Shown here: positions 48,301 to 56,848 of the stretch, one piece after another
How positions within the stretch are numbered: position 1 is the first letter of the stretch
How the letters are laid out: each line of letters starts with the position of its first letter
Origin: a virus
Virus record (IMG/VR): IMGVR_UViG_3300022700_000177
Location: 19,929 to 83,928 of that record
DNA: 64,000 bases
Strand: one strand, 5' to 3'
Notes under the pieces: generated by a model
What the model was told of the DNA's origin: nothing
Database searches by the model: none
The model's input: the letters and a program-made list of their open reading frames with translations, nothing else
Position numbers and translations under genes: made by a program

Positions 48301-50608
48301 CAGTAGGTACAACTTCATTCAATCTTTCAATAATTGTCGAAAATTCATTATACATAGGATTTAAATCATCCAATGTATAACCTGTTCTTTTTATTGCTTC
48401 TTGTAATTTTTCATTAGGGTTGATCAGCCTTCTAATTACCTGCCTTAAACCAGTACCAATTGTTGAAGCCCTGATACCGGCATTAGCAAGGGTCATCATT
48501 GCAGCAGAGGTTTCTTTAAAAGTAACCCCAGCTTTAGCTGCAACAGGAGAAACGTAATTAAAAGCAATCCTTAATTTGTCAACCGTCAGTTTTGATCTGT
48601 TAACCGCATTAGCAAAAACATCAACAATCTCACCAGAATCATAAGCTTCTTTACCAAAAGCTCTAATCGTAGTAGTCACCAAGTCAGAGACAGTTTTGAA
48701 CTCTGTCATTGTACCAGTGGCTAACTTAGCAACCTCTTCCACAGTCTCTAAAATTTCAAAAGTGCTTAAACCTGCCTGACCCAAAGTTTTCATACCATCT
48801 GCAATCTCAGTAGTACTAAACTTTGTTCTACCAGCAACATCCTGAATAGTATCCCCAAGTATTTCGACTTCGACTTCAGTAGCATTGAGAATAGCCTGTA
48901 AATCCTTCAATGCCTGACTATACTCAAATATTGCAGTTATTCCTGTTCTAAAAACAGTAAATACCTGATAAAATATAGCAGCACCAGCAGCATACGAAGC
49001 CATGTTCTTCAAAGAGCCTACAACACTATTCAAAGCTCTTTGAAAAAGCCCCATGGACCTTGTCCCTTCCTGCAAGATACCATTAACAGCTTTTAGCTGA
49101 CCATTTGCTAATTTTTGTGCGGTTGTTAATCTATCTGTGGTTTCATAGTATTTTTTCCCATTCTGGCCTGCCTGGTTCATTGCAACCGCAGTCTTAGAAA
49201 TATAACCCTCAACAGTCCTAAGGGTCTTAGCGTATTCTCTCACTACTGGAGAGTTCTTACCAAATTGATCTGCAATTGTGCCTAAAGCTTTCTTAAATTG
49301 CGTGCTTGTATTAACATTCTGTCCTAAAGCCCGTCCGTATTCTGTTTCAACAGTAGTAGCAGTCTTCAGTCTTTTGTTGTGAGCTTGTAGGACCTTGCCC
49401 GTCTGAGAAAGATTCTTCTCTACTCTCGCATATGCTTCATTGGCTTTCTGTTGTGAAATTACGCCTTCTTGTACCCTTCGATTAAAAGTCTGTTGTGCTT
49501 TTTGAAGCTTATCCCCAACATTCTTCTGATATTGAGTCAATGTTTTGTTTATTGACTGCACCGCAGCATCAGAAGTGCCGAAAGTTTTTGTTAATTCTTG
49601 AAAGGTGGGGACTAACGCTTTATTGTTTCTATAAAGGCTTTGGAGAGTGGTGCCATAATCAGAATACTGCTTTGACAGCATTCCAGCTCTTGCAGCCTGA
49701 TCCTCAGTTATTTTAAGTGCTTTCAACCCCTCAGCATTATTGGCTTTTAACTGATTATTTGCAATGGAAAGATTGTTCTTTAAAAGAGCGTTGGTAGCAG
49801 AAGCAAGCTCAATTTTATTTGCCCAACTTTGAGTAAGTCCAGTACTTGCCTTAAAAGACTTTGCTTGTCTATCAATAGCGGTGTTTACCTGATCCAGAGA
49901 TTTTATCCAAGTTGCAGCTTTGGCGTTTGAGGTACCCCAGGATTTACCTAATTTTTGGACTGCATTAGTATAATTTTGACTAATAGTTTGGGCTTTTTCA
50001 AGGGTTTTGTTGTAGAGACCGTAAGAACTGTTCTGTGCCCCAAGCTGCTTTACCTGATCTTTCGATAAGTTGAGAAGTTTAAGTTGCCCTTCCCTCATTA
50101 TCTGATAGGAGTTTCCAACTCCCTTTATTAACCCCTGTTGCTCTGCAAGCTTGACATTATTAAAATCAATGTTCTTTGACCAGTCTTTCCATTCAGGATT
50201 TATTGTATTGAGCCTGGTTTGCAGGTCCTGAATACGACTTACATAAGTTTGGGTTTGCTTCTTTGCATACTCAAGACCTTGGCCACCCTTTTCTACCCCT
50301 TTAGAAAATTCTGCCCAGGCATCTTTTACAGACCGTATTTGATTGCCTTGTTCATCCCAATCCTGCTTAAAAAAGTCATTGTATTTCTGAAAAGTCTTCC
50401 CTGTTGCCTCAACCCTATCCCCAAAACCCTTTTGGGCATCAGAAAGTTTTTGGGTATCCTTTGCTGCAGATTGGGAGGCTTTTGCATTATCCTTGACCTT
50501 ACTATTAAGGGAATCTAAATCTTTTTTAAGGTTATTAAATACGTCCCTTGTATTTTTAGATAACCTTGCAATAAGGTCGAGAACTACTTGGTCATTGTAT
50601 GTTGCCAT
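45371..50608 (-). CDS. tail tape measure protein
   Basis: 1745 aa helical protein; TP901-type core (T.FS..EIA.G...LGQAG, GIRAS..GTGLR); C-terminal GG.VPG.G..DTVPA.LTPGE. Confidence 0.92.
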   Translation of the reverse strand: MATYNDQVVLDLIARLSKNTRDVFNNLKKDLDSLNSKVKDNAKASQSAAKDTQKLSDAQKGFGDRVEATGKTFQKYNDFFKQDWDEQGNQIRSVKDAWAEFSKGVEKGGQGLEYAKKQTQTYVSRIQDLQTRLNTINPEWKDWSKNIDFNNVKLAEQQGLIKGVGNSYQIMREGQLKLLNLSKDQVKQLGAQNSSYGLYNKTLEKAQTISQNYTNAVQKLGKSWGTSNAKAATWIKSLDQVNTAIDRQAKSFKASTGLTQSWANKIELASATNALLKNNLSIANNQLKANNAEGLKALKITEDQAARAGMLSKQYSDYGTTLQSLYRNNKALVPTFQELTKTFGTSDAAVQSINKTLTQYQKNVGDKLQKAQQTFNRRVQEGVISQQKANEAYARVEKNLSQTGKVLQAHNKRLKTATTVETEYGRALGQNVNTSTQFKKALGTIADQFGKNSPVVREYAKTLRTVEGYISKTAVAMNQAGQNGKKYYETTDRLTTAQKLANGQLKAVNGILQEGTRSMGLFQRALNSVVGSLKNMASYAAGAAIFYQVFTVFRTGITAIFEYSQALKDLQAILNATEVEVEILGDTIQDVAGRTKFSTTEIADGMKTLGQAGLSTFEILETVEEVAKLATGTMTEFKTVSDLVTTTIRAFGKEAYDSGEIVDVFANAVNRSKLTVDKLRIAFNYVSPVAAKAGVTFKETSAAMMTLANAGIRASTIGTGLRQVIRRLINPNEKLQEAIKRTGYTLDDLNPMYNEFSTIIERLNEVVPTAADAFQFFKVRGAPAVSALTQNGVEGFKQLEEAIEEVGAASRMMQTQQEGLGITAKQVADKFSVLSTELGEAGLISIFKGFLEAVKLVEDALIFLASTPLTGAIGQFIALSVAITGASAALKALVATSAFSWLSGLVSSVGMATTSFAGLGTAVVALGKKLKALFALLMRHPLILVATGAAALVTLLVKMRNETQKLVEENKKLILEYQNTANKLEYYKERLNGVTKGSDEYRAIMQRLVEDVPELRDEIDLLNMEFKDGSSILDEYIKKSIGKALAAEIEILDSYSDKIAEINKEKAGLEVVGLDTSEAETRIKELNNTIQGSLEDIAQRIYTFSKESNEDLDNITVKKLKESFEDLEDLSETQLSSVVDQIKEMASVSVDLAKEIEKLPPHWEKAFEQLPTDAKKQELLDMINNYKDASKKIMDTAKAVIKDSGGDIEEITEDKIAALNEKFQKMAEKAFGSNFKMVWDGVKDAVDQDIFGEVFGDFTDKTKDTFSRRRSIVERHFDWEINKIRNSTDDEIEQNKRILDAQKRLKNQRGMLLEQEYQERKNIVVEEMKNMLSLYEDDAEKQKEIYQETNRKLLDLSDEFTDKKEQNLNQWKDTLVNAYNTAKQKSQEYYDEIKDLEQELIDLQEERANNIRKIEASLASDLYDIRKAGMNDMDAVMGDFSRANDLYQEAQNLIDEGKFEMARDLLKDSASMYKQIAVGAKQAKKEGERYAVSSSSAIAGLKNAYGALEKVENRQKEEEIENIQKQITSFKELKTQVDGLATRYKSMISSILNDLDAMDQMKIEDKQFDISSNVDEQRDKINELNRELDRLNARTVSYNVVKTVSQVAEKALGGIVEPFARGGSVPGSGNEDTVPAKLTPGEYVMPKNRVAEIGVEFFEALRMKGKEALTSLSGIKAFNFGGLVDSVKPDVQKFNAGGLVSQHEAKETMTATLNLQIGDNKYPVKTTDAVLKDITKELRRKGLAI

Positions 50609-50943
50609 CAGCGACTCCCGATATCAGAGGAAACACCCCCCACAATTTTCTTGTGTGAGGTGAGCATTTTTTCTGTCAATTCTTTTCTTTGCTCCATTGT
50701 CATATTCTCATAAGCAGAGGGGTCTTTAAATATTGGGGTTTGTGATTTGTCTTCTTCCTTAGATGATCCCTTATCACCCTCAATCTTCGCCCCATGTATA
50801 TTCGCCTGAAACCTCATCTCTTCAAGAGTTCTTTCAACATGATATTCATACAATGCTTCAATCTGTCCAAGAGTAAGCCCGCCTTCAAGGAAAGATTTGT
50901 TGTATATATGTTCAAGCCTGTAACTCGGATAAGCCTGAATCAC
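50608..50943 (-). CDS. tail assembly chaperone, frameshift extension (GT part)
   Basis: reached in frame by a -1 shift at A AAA AAG (51021-51027). Confidence 0.75.
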   Translation of the reverse strand: MIQAYPSYRLEHIYNKSFLEGGLTLGQIEALYEYHVERTLEEMRFQANIHGAKIEGDKGSSKEEDKSQTPIFKDPSAYENMTMEQRKELTEKMLTSHKKIVGGVSSDIGSR

Positions 50944-50948
50944 TGTGG

Positions 50949-51368
50949 TTATGACCTCCCCAAAAGTTGCTGGCCTTGTTGCAACACCAGGGGCTTCACT
51001 ATCTTGAGAAGGTCCTCCACCTTTTTTGATGGTTCCTTAAAATTTTCTTTATAAATGATATTCACAATCTCTGAAATCTGCATATTGGTTAAACCATCAA
51101 CATCAATTTCTTCTTCTGGATCAGTCACAAGTTCAAGTACAACCTCAATTTTTTCTTTGATCATTTCAATAATTATCATGGGGACATCAGCATCTTTTAA
51201 GTCCTCACCTTCAGCTTTCTCAGAAAAGGTATTTAATCCACCAATAAGATTCTCAACCAAGCTTTGTTGATCTCTGAAGCTCAATGGATAAATTTTGATT
51301 TCCCTCATCTCCCTGATTCCAATTTCCACAGACCGTACTTGTGGATTAAGCTTTTGAGCTTTTGACAT
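50949..51368 (-). CDS. tail assembly chaperone (G)
   Basis: between tail tube and tape measure genes; contains an in-frame slippery heptamer. Confidence 0.8.
   Translation of the reverse strand: MSKAQKLNPQVRSVEIGIREMREIKIYPLSFRDQQSLVENLIGGLNTFSEKAEGEDLKDADVPMIIIEMIKEKIEVVLELVTDPEEEIDVDGLTNMQISEIVNIIYKENFKEPSKKVEDLLKIVKPLVLQQGQQLLGRS
51021..51027 (-). other. -1 programmed ribosomal frameshift site A AAA AAG
   Basis: codons TCA AAA AAG; the -1 frame is open (KKGGGPSQDSEAPG...TTVIQAYP) into ORF 50608-50943. Confidence 0.8.
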
Positions 51369-51429
51369 AGAAACCTCTTCTAATTTTTGGATTAGTTAAG
51401 AAAGGAATTCCCATTGGGATTGAATTTAC

Positions 51430-51497
51430 AAAATGAGTAGCCATCTGCTACCCCATTTTTTGGTTAGCCCCCGACTTGTTTTATATGCCGGGGGCTA
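51430..51497 (-). terminator. tandem hairpins / terminator after the tail tube gene
   Basis: TAGCCCCCG/CGGGGGCTA and AAAATGGGGTAGC/GCTACTCATTTT stems. Confidence 0.6.
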
Positions 51498-51517
51498 TTG
51501 TGACCTAAGGTCTTTTG

Positions 51518-52126
51518 TTAAGGAGAAGTAGGATCAGCAGTAGTCCAGTAGATTCTACCCAAAGGCATGTCATCCCAAGCTGCATCCCCGCCTGTTGCTT
51601 CAGAGTCAGCCCGTGTTGCCCGAATAGTCATCGGCACGTTAGCTTCAGATTCTTTTGCTGGGTTAATCTCAAGGTTAGACTCAACATTAGCCCTGGGGAA
51701 AATCACGATCATATGATGGTTTTGATCCGGATATGTATAAATGGCTTCCATTCGTACATAAGCAGGAGCAGACATATCACCAAGTGCAACTTCACCAGAA
51801 GTAACTGAATCATACCCAGAGGAGGCATCAATACCTTTTGCAAAAGCAATGGTCTTGGGTTTTACCTCTTTAAACTCACATTCCAACCTTGCATTTTCTC
51901 TCAGAACAATAGTCTTGTCTTCCATAAGAGGAAAACCAGATTCAAGTCTCCAAGACTCCACTTCACTGATAAGATTGGATGATTCCAAAACACCCAGTGT
52001 GTCCGTAGACCAAGCAAGTGCCCTCGATGTGGACGCTATGTTTGTAGCAGAAGCACCAAGCAGCACCTTACCCAATCCGAGCATTACACTACTGGAATCT
52101 TTAGTTGTTGGCCCGTATCTTGCCAT
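51518..52126 (-). CDS. major tail (tail tube) protein
   Basis: 202 aa; LG.G.V..G, LG, IFPRA; lies before the chaperones and tape measure. Confidence 0.75.
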   Translation of the reverse strand: MARYGPTTKDSSSVMLGLGKVLLGASATNIASTSRALAWSTDTLGVLESSNLISEVESWRLESGFPLMEDKTIVLRENARLECEFKEVKPKTIAFAKGIDASSGYDSVTSGEVALGDMSAPAYVRMEAIYTYPDQNHHMIVIFPRANVESNLEINPAKESEANVPMTIRATRADSEATGGDAAWDDMPLGRIYWTTADPTSP

Positions 52127-52364
52127 GTTCCACCTCCTGAGTGGCTTTAAACTGTTCAGGGAAAAAGTTAATTACATTTAAATGCCCACATGATGGACGA
52201 AAACACTTTATTTTCACTGAACCATGTATTTCAATATAAACTGCAGGAGAATTTCCGTTCTTTCCAAACATGAAAACAAAAAGTCCATTTGGTTTGCGTT
52301 CAATTAAGCGTTTACCGCATTTTGCACAGTGAATAAACATCCTGTCCATTGCTAACCTGCCCAT
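52101..52364 (-). CDS. Com-like zinc-ribbon protein
   Basis: CAKCGKRL...KIKC.R..CGHLN. Confidence 0.6.
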   Translation of the reverse strand: MGRLAMDRMFIHCAKCGKRLIERKPNGLFVFMFGKNGNSPAVYIEIHGSVKIKCFRPSCGHLNVINFFPEQFKATQEVEHGKIRANN

Positions 52365-52798
52365 TTTACATATAAAGGTATTCGTGAAAAATTTGTCTGA
52401 TCGTCCAATTTCATTTCGTCATCTATCGGATTCATAAAAATTACTAATTTACCAAGTTCATTATCGTCTGTATCGTATAGAGGTATAGTTTTTACTTCTC
52501 CATCGTCTTCAATCAAAGCGTTTAGTGCGGTGTTCGTAAGTACATCAAGGTCTGTTCCATATCTACAACAACAAAAGAGGATTACGCTGCACTCATTTAT
52601 GGTGTCTATCTCTCTTCCTTCAATATGAATGGCAACCCATTGAGAAACACTTGTATCTTTCAAAAAAGGAATTGCTATATTTTTGTCGAAACTAATCTCA
52701 ATACCATTTGTATCATAAAAGTATTCAACAAAATATTTCCTTAAGGATCGCTTAAGGTTTGTATGCTTTTCTCTATCCTTCATTAGTAAACCTTTCAA
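52352..52798 (-). CDS. tail terminator-like protein
   Basis: size and position. Confidence 0.5.
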   Translation of the reverse strand: MKGLLMKDREKHTNLKRSLRKYFVEYFYDTNGIEISFDKNIAIPFLKDTSVSQWVAIHIEGREIDTINECSVILFCCCRYGTDLDVLTNTALNALIEDDGEVKTIPLYDTDDNELGKLVIFMNPIDDEMKLDDQTNFSRIPLYVKWAG

Positions 52799-52979
52799 TC
52801 ATTTCAGCAATATAGGGATAGAACTCATCCTTCAAATACTTTGAAGCTTCTTTTTCTTTAGGGCGAATCGCTGTTATCTCACAATTGTTGAGGGCTGTTT
52901 CAATCTTTTTCAATTCCTCCAAAGAGAAATCAAGTAAAAGATGAATATCCCTCGTTTCAAAATTGACTAATGAAGGCAT
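52773..52979 (-). CDS. hypothetical protein
   Basis: coupled ORF. Confidence 0.5.
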   Translation of the reverse strand: MPSLVNFETRDIHLLLDFSLEELKKIETALNNCEITAIRPKEKEASKYLKDEFYPYIAEMIERFTNEG

Positions 52980-53545
52980 TATTTACCCCAATATCTGCTA
53001 ATATCAGCAGACTGTTTGATAATTGACGGAAGATCCTCTTGAAGGAACTTTTCTAAGCTTTGGGCTACGATTGCTCTTGGGGGCTGGGGTCTTGTAACTC
53101 CCCACCTACCACCTTTTGGCCCAGTTCCCTTCTCAAGCCAAAAAAGCTTTTGTGCAAGAAAGGCATTTTCTGCATTGTCACTTTTTATGCCTACTGCCCA
53201 ACCTTTTCTGTTTACATCACCTCCGGCTCTTGTTCTGAATGTTCCTAAAGCACCTACCATTTCGCCTGTAAAAAACCCGATCTCACTAAAACCGCCTTGC
53301 TTACTTTTCCAATCTTTATAAGCATCACTTAATGGGGGGACATCAAAATCTTGAGAAACAAAGCTTTGAATGAGCACCCTAAGAAAATCCTCAGCAGCCC
53401 TCTTACTAAACCTTGCCCCTCCTTCATCTGAAATATCCACATAGTGATTTCGGGTTTTCTCAAGCTTTTTCCTTATTGAAGGAATATTCGTTTTCCAGTT
53501 AAAATAGGGAAGTACCATTATCTTGTGTCCTCCCCTACTGTACAA
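52979..53545 (-). CDS. neck / tail-completion protein
   Basis: PLS.AY..WK, LE.GT, QPPR; probable start 53518. Confidence 0.55.
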   Translation of the reverse strand: MYSRGGHKIMVLPYFNWKTNIPSIRKKLEKTRNHYVDISDEGGARFSKRAAEDFLRVLIQSFVSQDFDVPPLSDAYKDWKSKQGGFSEIGFFTGEMVGALGTFRTRAGGDVNRKGWAVGIKSDNAENAFLAQKLFWLEKGTGPKGGRWGVTRPQPPRAIVAQSLEKFLQEDLPSIIKQSADISRYWGK

Positions 53546-54135
53546 ACATCAATAGCATCAAATTGGTGTTTTTCAATATTCGTTATTCGATAATAGTTGT
53601 TTGAGTCAATTTCAAATCTGTCGTCTACTCTGGCCCCAACAGATTCAGGGAGATAAAGCTCCTTGTCTTTGTCCTGGGTGTTTATAAATATTTGCGACTC
53701 ATTCATCTCTGAATTTATAAAACCAGTTACAGCTAAAGGGGCAGCTAATTCCCCAGAAATCAGTTGAAAGTCGTAATTCCTTTTATAGTTGCTATCAAAA
53801 GAGCTACCGCTACCTTCAACCATTCTTTTCAAGGAGCCCTCAACATTACACATATATAAAACGGCATTATACAGAATAATTTCATTTTCAAAAAGCTCCG
53901 GCCTTCTATCAACAACAAGATACTTTGTATCAATGTTTTTGAACTTGATTATGGAACTTTGTTCGATGTTGGTTGTACTTTTGAAGGAAGCCTCAAGAAC
54001 CATCTCCTTATAAAAAGGAGTGTTTCTTCTTGAGGTTTCAGAATCTATAAATTCATCTCTGTAAGAGGTGCCCACTATAGAAACTTTTGAACCTACTTCC
54101 TGAAAAGTTTCTGCCAAATCTTGTTGTAGAGTCAT
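53518..54135 (-). CDS. head closure / head-tail joining protein
   Basis: position; beta-rich. Confidence 0.5.
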   Translation of the reverse strand: MTLQQDLAETFQEVGSKVSIVGTSYRDEFIDSETSRRNTPFYKEMVLEASFKSTTNIEQSSIIKFKNIDTKYLVVDRRPELFENEIILYNAVLYMCNVEGSLKRMVEGSGSSFDSNYKRNYDFQLISGELAAPLAVTGFINSEMNESQIFINTQDKDKELYLPESVGARVDDRFEIDSNNYYRITNIEKHQFDAIDVCTVGEDTR

Positions 54136-54548
54136 CGGTATGTAATGTCCTGTCCAGTAGAATTATAATAAAAACCAGAACCTATATAAGTGAATAAAGT
54201 ATCAGAATCAATATTCACCAATACAGGATCCTCATCCAACGCTTTTAAAAAAGCCTGATCCATAGATTCAATCATTTTATCATAATGTTCAAATTTATGG
54301 GAAAGGTTTATTTGTTTGTAACGAAACTTCCGTGCAGATTCAGAACGTAACACATCAAAACAATGTCTTTTTGATCTTTCTTTAACCCAATATTCCTTTT
54401 TTGGGTTATTAAGCGGCAAAGACCACCCAAGTTCATCAAGAGCATTTTTTAAAGCTTCAGTACGTTCATTTGTCTCTAACAGATCCCAAACGTCACCTAT
54501 AAGATTTTCAATCTTAGTAGATAGTTCGGTTACGGAAGCTATAGTCAT
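54132..54548 (-). CDS. head-tail adaptor
   Basis: helical 138 aa protein after the capsid gene. Confidence 0.55.
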   Translation of the reverse strand: MTIASVTELSTKIENLIGDVWDLLETNERTEALKNALDELGWSLPLNNPKKEYWVKERSKRHCFDVLRSESARKFRYKQINLSHKFEHYDKMIESMDQAFLKALDEDPVLVNIDSDTLFTYIGSGFYYNSTGQDITYR

Positions 54549-54841
54549 TTCTTTTTCCTCTTCAGCCCTGATTTTTTAGTATCAGAGGCTTTCTTTTCTG
54601 AAGTCTCAAGATTTTTGGAGGTATCATCCAATGTTGTCATTTCTTTAACGTCATTGACGCTCCCTGATAACACCTGAATAACTCTCCTATCCCTCTTGAT
54701 TTCCTCAACAAGTTCCTTGGGAAAGGGCTTTTGGTCACTGTCATAAACTCCCTTAATAAGAGTTTTTGTTTTGCCCTTTCCCAAGTTAAACACAAAGTTT
54801 GTCATTAATTTGACTCTCATAGTCAATTGCTCCTTTTTCAC
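54545..54841 (-). CDS. small capsid-associated hypothetical protein
   Basis: follows the major capsid gene. Confidence 0.5.
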   Translation of the reverse strand: MKKEQLTMRVKLMTNFVFNLGKGKTKTLIKGVYDSDQKPFPKELVEEIKRDRRVIQVLSGSVNDVKEMTTLDDTSKNLETSEKKASDTKKSGLKRKKK

Positions 54842-54865
54842 ATTTTAAAGTGATAAAAACATCAT

Positions 54866-56110
54866 TTACTTAATGGTTAAGACGTAGAGTGCGTCCGGAT
54901 GGTACAACACGGGGAGACCTTTATTCTGACAACGAATCCATACCCCTTCAGGATCCCATTCATCCTTTTTGTCAGTGTACATACCCCAATGCCTGTCATT
55001 ACCAAACGGTGCTTCCATAAACTCGGCGATATTCTCACCCTCAAGTTGATTACAGAACATGAAGAAAGTGTCAGAGGGGATATACTTTTTCCGCATAACC
55101 ACCCTGTCTTCTCCGCCAACGTAATCATTGGATGCACCAGAGCTAACAGTAAGCTTGTTATTTGCTTTATCAACTGCACTGAGAGTCAAGTCTTCATAAG
55201 TGAAACCCTGAGACATATCAAACACCCGAAGTGTTGGGGTGTCTGTTGCGTCAAAATCAGTAGCATCATCCACGTAGAAAGTAGTTGCACCAGCAGTATA
55301 GTCCTGCTTGAGATAACCAGCAACCTCATGGATTTGATCATAGATTTTGATTGTCCCAACACCAAGCAGAAAACCAAGAACTTCAGCAGGTTTGGCAAAA
55401 AGGTCACCTTCACCAAAAGCACTCTTTTTCAGGAGTGCCTGAAGATCCGAGTTAAACAGCAGCATTTTCAAAACATCACTGTTCATCACTGCCAAATCAG
55501 GCTCTTTCCCAATATTCTCTCTCAGAGTTTTCTTGACATCAAAAATGTCTTTAACTGGAGTAGCAGTTGAACCCGGGCTTCCCGATCCATCGTCCCAAAC
55601 ATCATTACCAGTCAATGCAGTTTGATGAGCAGAAGGAATACCATAGTCAACTGTGAACTTAACACCGCCTTCCACTTGGTAAGTAAGACTACCATCGAAG
55701 AAAGCCTTTGCCATCATCCATTCACGCCGTTTCATGTTACGATTTTTCAATCGAGAAAAACCACGAGCAAGCTGTTTGGATGCCCTCCAATAGGTAGCCT
55801 GAGTAAGAGGCTCACGAAGATTATTCAAAAGTGACTCATCGAAGTACATCTTTTCCTTCCAATAAGCTGCCCGTGCCGAACCTTCCTGATAGAGACCCTC
55901 ATCCCCTACTGTAGGGGCAGGGGCACCAGGAGCGACAAATGGGGTCATGCCTGCCGTCCCATACTCAAGAATCCATCGGATAGTATCCGAATCATATTGT
56001 TCCGAAGCAAACAGATTGGTGAAGAAGAGATCCTCAGAGAAGGGCATTTTTTGGATGACCTTGTTCAGGGTTTCCAATCTCAGTGCCGGAATTCCGTTTG
56101 TACCTTTCAT
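54866..56110 (-). CDS. major capsid protein (lambda gpE-like)
   Basis: MTPFVAPG.PA, R.EWM.A.A...G, VDYGIP, W......P..DI, WDP.G.W....KGLPV. Confidence 0.9.
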   Translation of the reverse strand: MKGTNGIPALRLETLNKVIQKMPFSEDLFFTNLFASEQYDSDTIRWILEYGTAGMTPFVAPGAPAPTVGDEGLYQEGSARAAYWKEKMYFDESLLNNLREPLTQATYWRASKQLARGFSRLKNRNMKRREWMMAKAFFDGSLTYQVEGGVKFTVDYGIPSAHQTALTGNDVWDDGSGSPGSTATPVKDIFDVKKTLRENIGKEPDLAVMNSDVLKMLLFNSDLQALLKKSAFGEGDLFAKPAEVLGFLLGVGTIKIYDQIHEVAGYLKQDYTAGATTFYVDDATDFDATDTPTLRVFDMSQGFTYEDLTLSAVDKANNKLTVSSGASNDYVGGEDRVVMRKKYIPSDTFFMFCNQLEGENIAEFMEAPFGNDRHWGMYTDKKDEWDPEGVWIRCQNKGLPVLYHPDALYVLTIK

Positions 56111-56124
56111 ATAAATGTCCTCCC

Positions 56125-56826
56125 TTATTTCACGATATAAAATCGTCCATCTTCAGTTATATTTCCAAGATCAGTTTGCGCCTGACTATCCATCCCAATA
56201 ACTTCACCACTGTAAATAACAGCATTGGACACCAGAACAGAAGTAAGGCCACCCTCAGTCTCCGTATTCTTGTCATCACCAGTAAAGATATCTTGATCCA
56301 AAATATATTTGGCAGTAGAATACTTACCAGTAGTACCTGCTTTGTGATAAATATTTGCACTCTTTGCAGTGGTAAACGCACCAGAAACGGCACCAGTCAG
56401 TGTAATAACAGCTTTGTAATTATAGGTTGTACGGTCAATAGAGCTAACTTCAGCTTCCTCATAAGAACCGTCAGTATCGGTTAAAATTACAGCATCTCCA
56501 GCTTCAAAACGGTAGGAATCATTAATCAGAACATCCACTTCATCAGAAGTATCACAGTCCTGAATCAGCATTGCCCTACCAACATCGTCTTGGTCTATGG
56601 TATCAGGAACATAGGGCACAAGATAATCATTTGTGGTCTCTTGGGCCATCACAGTTCCAGCTTCCAAATTACCAAAACCGCCTCTGAGAGTCTTTTGAAT
56701 CAACAGCGCAATCTCCCGAAGCGAATAAAAAATCTCTTTCCGCTTCGTTCTGGTATAACCAGTAAGATTCTGCTGAGGTGCCATTCCACTGAGGCCACCA
56801 GTTGTTTTGTTCGGTCCTACAGGCAT
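56125..56826 (-). CDS. head decoration protein
   Basis: G.L.AGTVMA, A..IL..D, upstream of the major capsid gene. Confidence 0.7.
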   Translation of the reverse strand: MPVGPNKTTGGLSGMAPQQNLTGYTRTKRKEIFYSLREIALLIQKTLRGGFGNLEAGTVMAQETTNDYLVPYVPDTIDQDDVGRAMLIQDCDTSDEVDVLINDSYRFEAGDAVILTDTDGSYEEAEVSSIDRTTYNYKAVITLTGAVSGAFTTAKSANIYHKAGTTGKYSTAKYILDQDIFTGDDKNTETEGGLTSVLVSNAVIYSGEVIGMDSQAQTDLGNITEDGRFYIVK

Positions 56827-56848
56827 ATTACCCTCCTAATTACAGATT

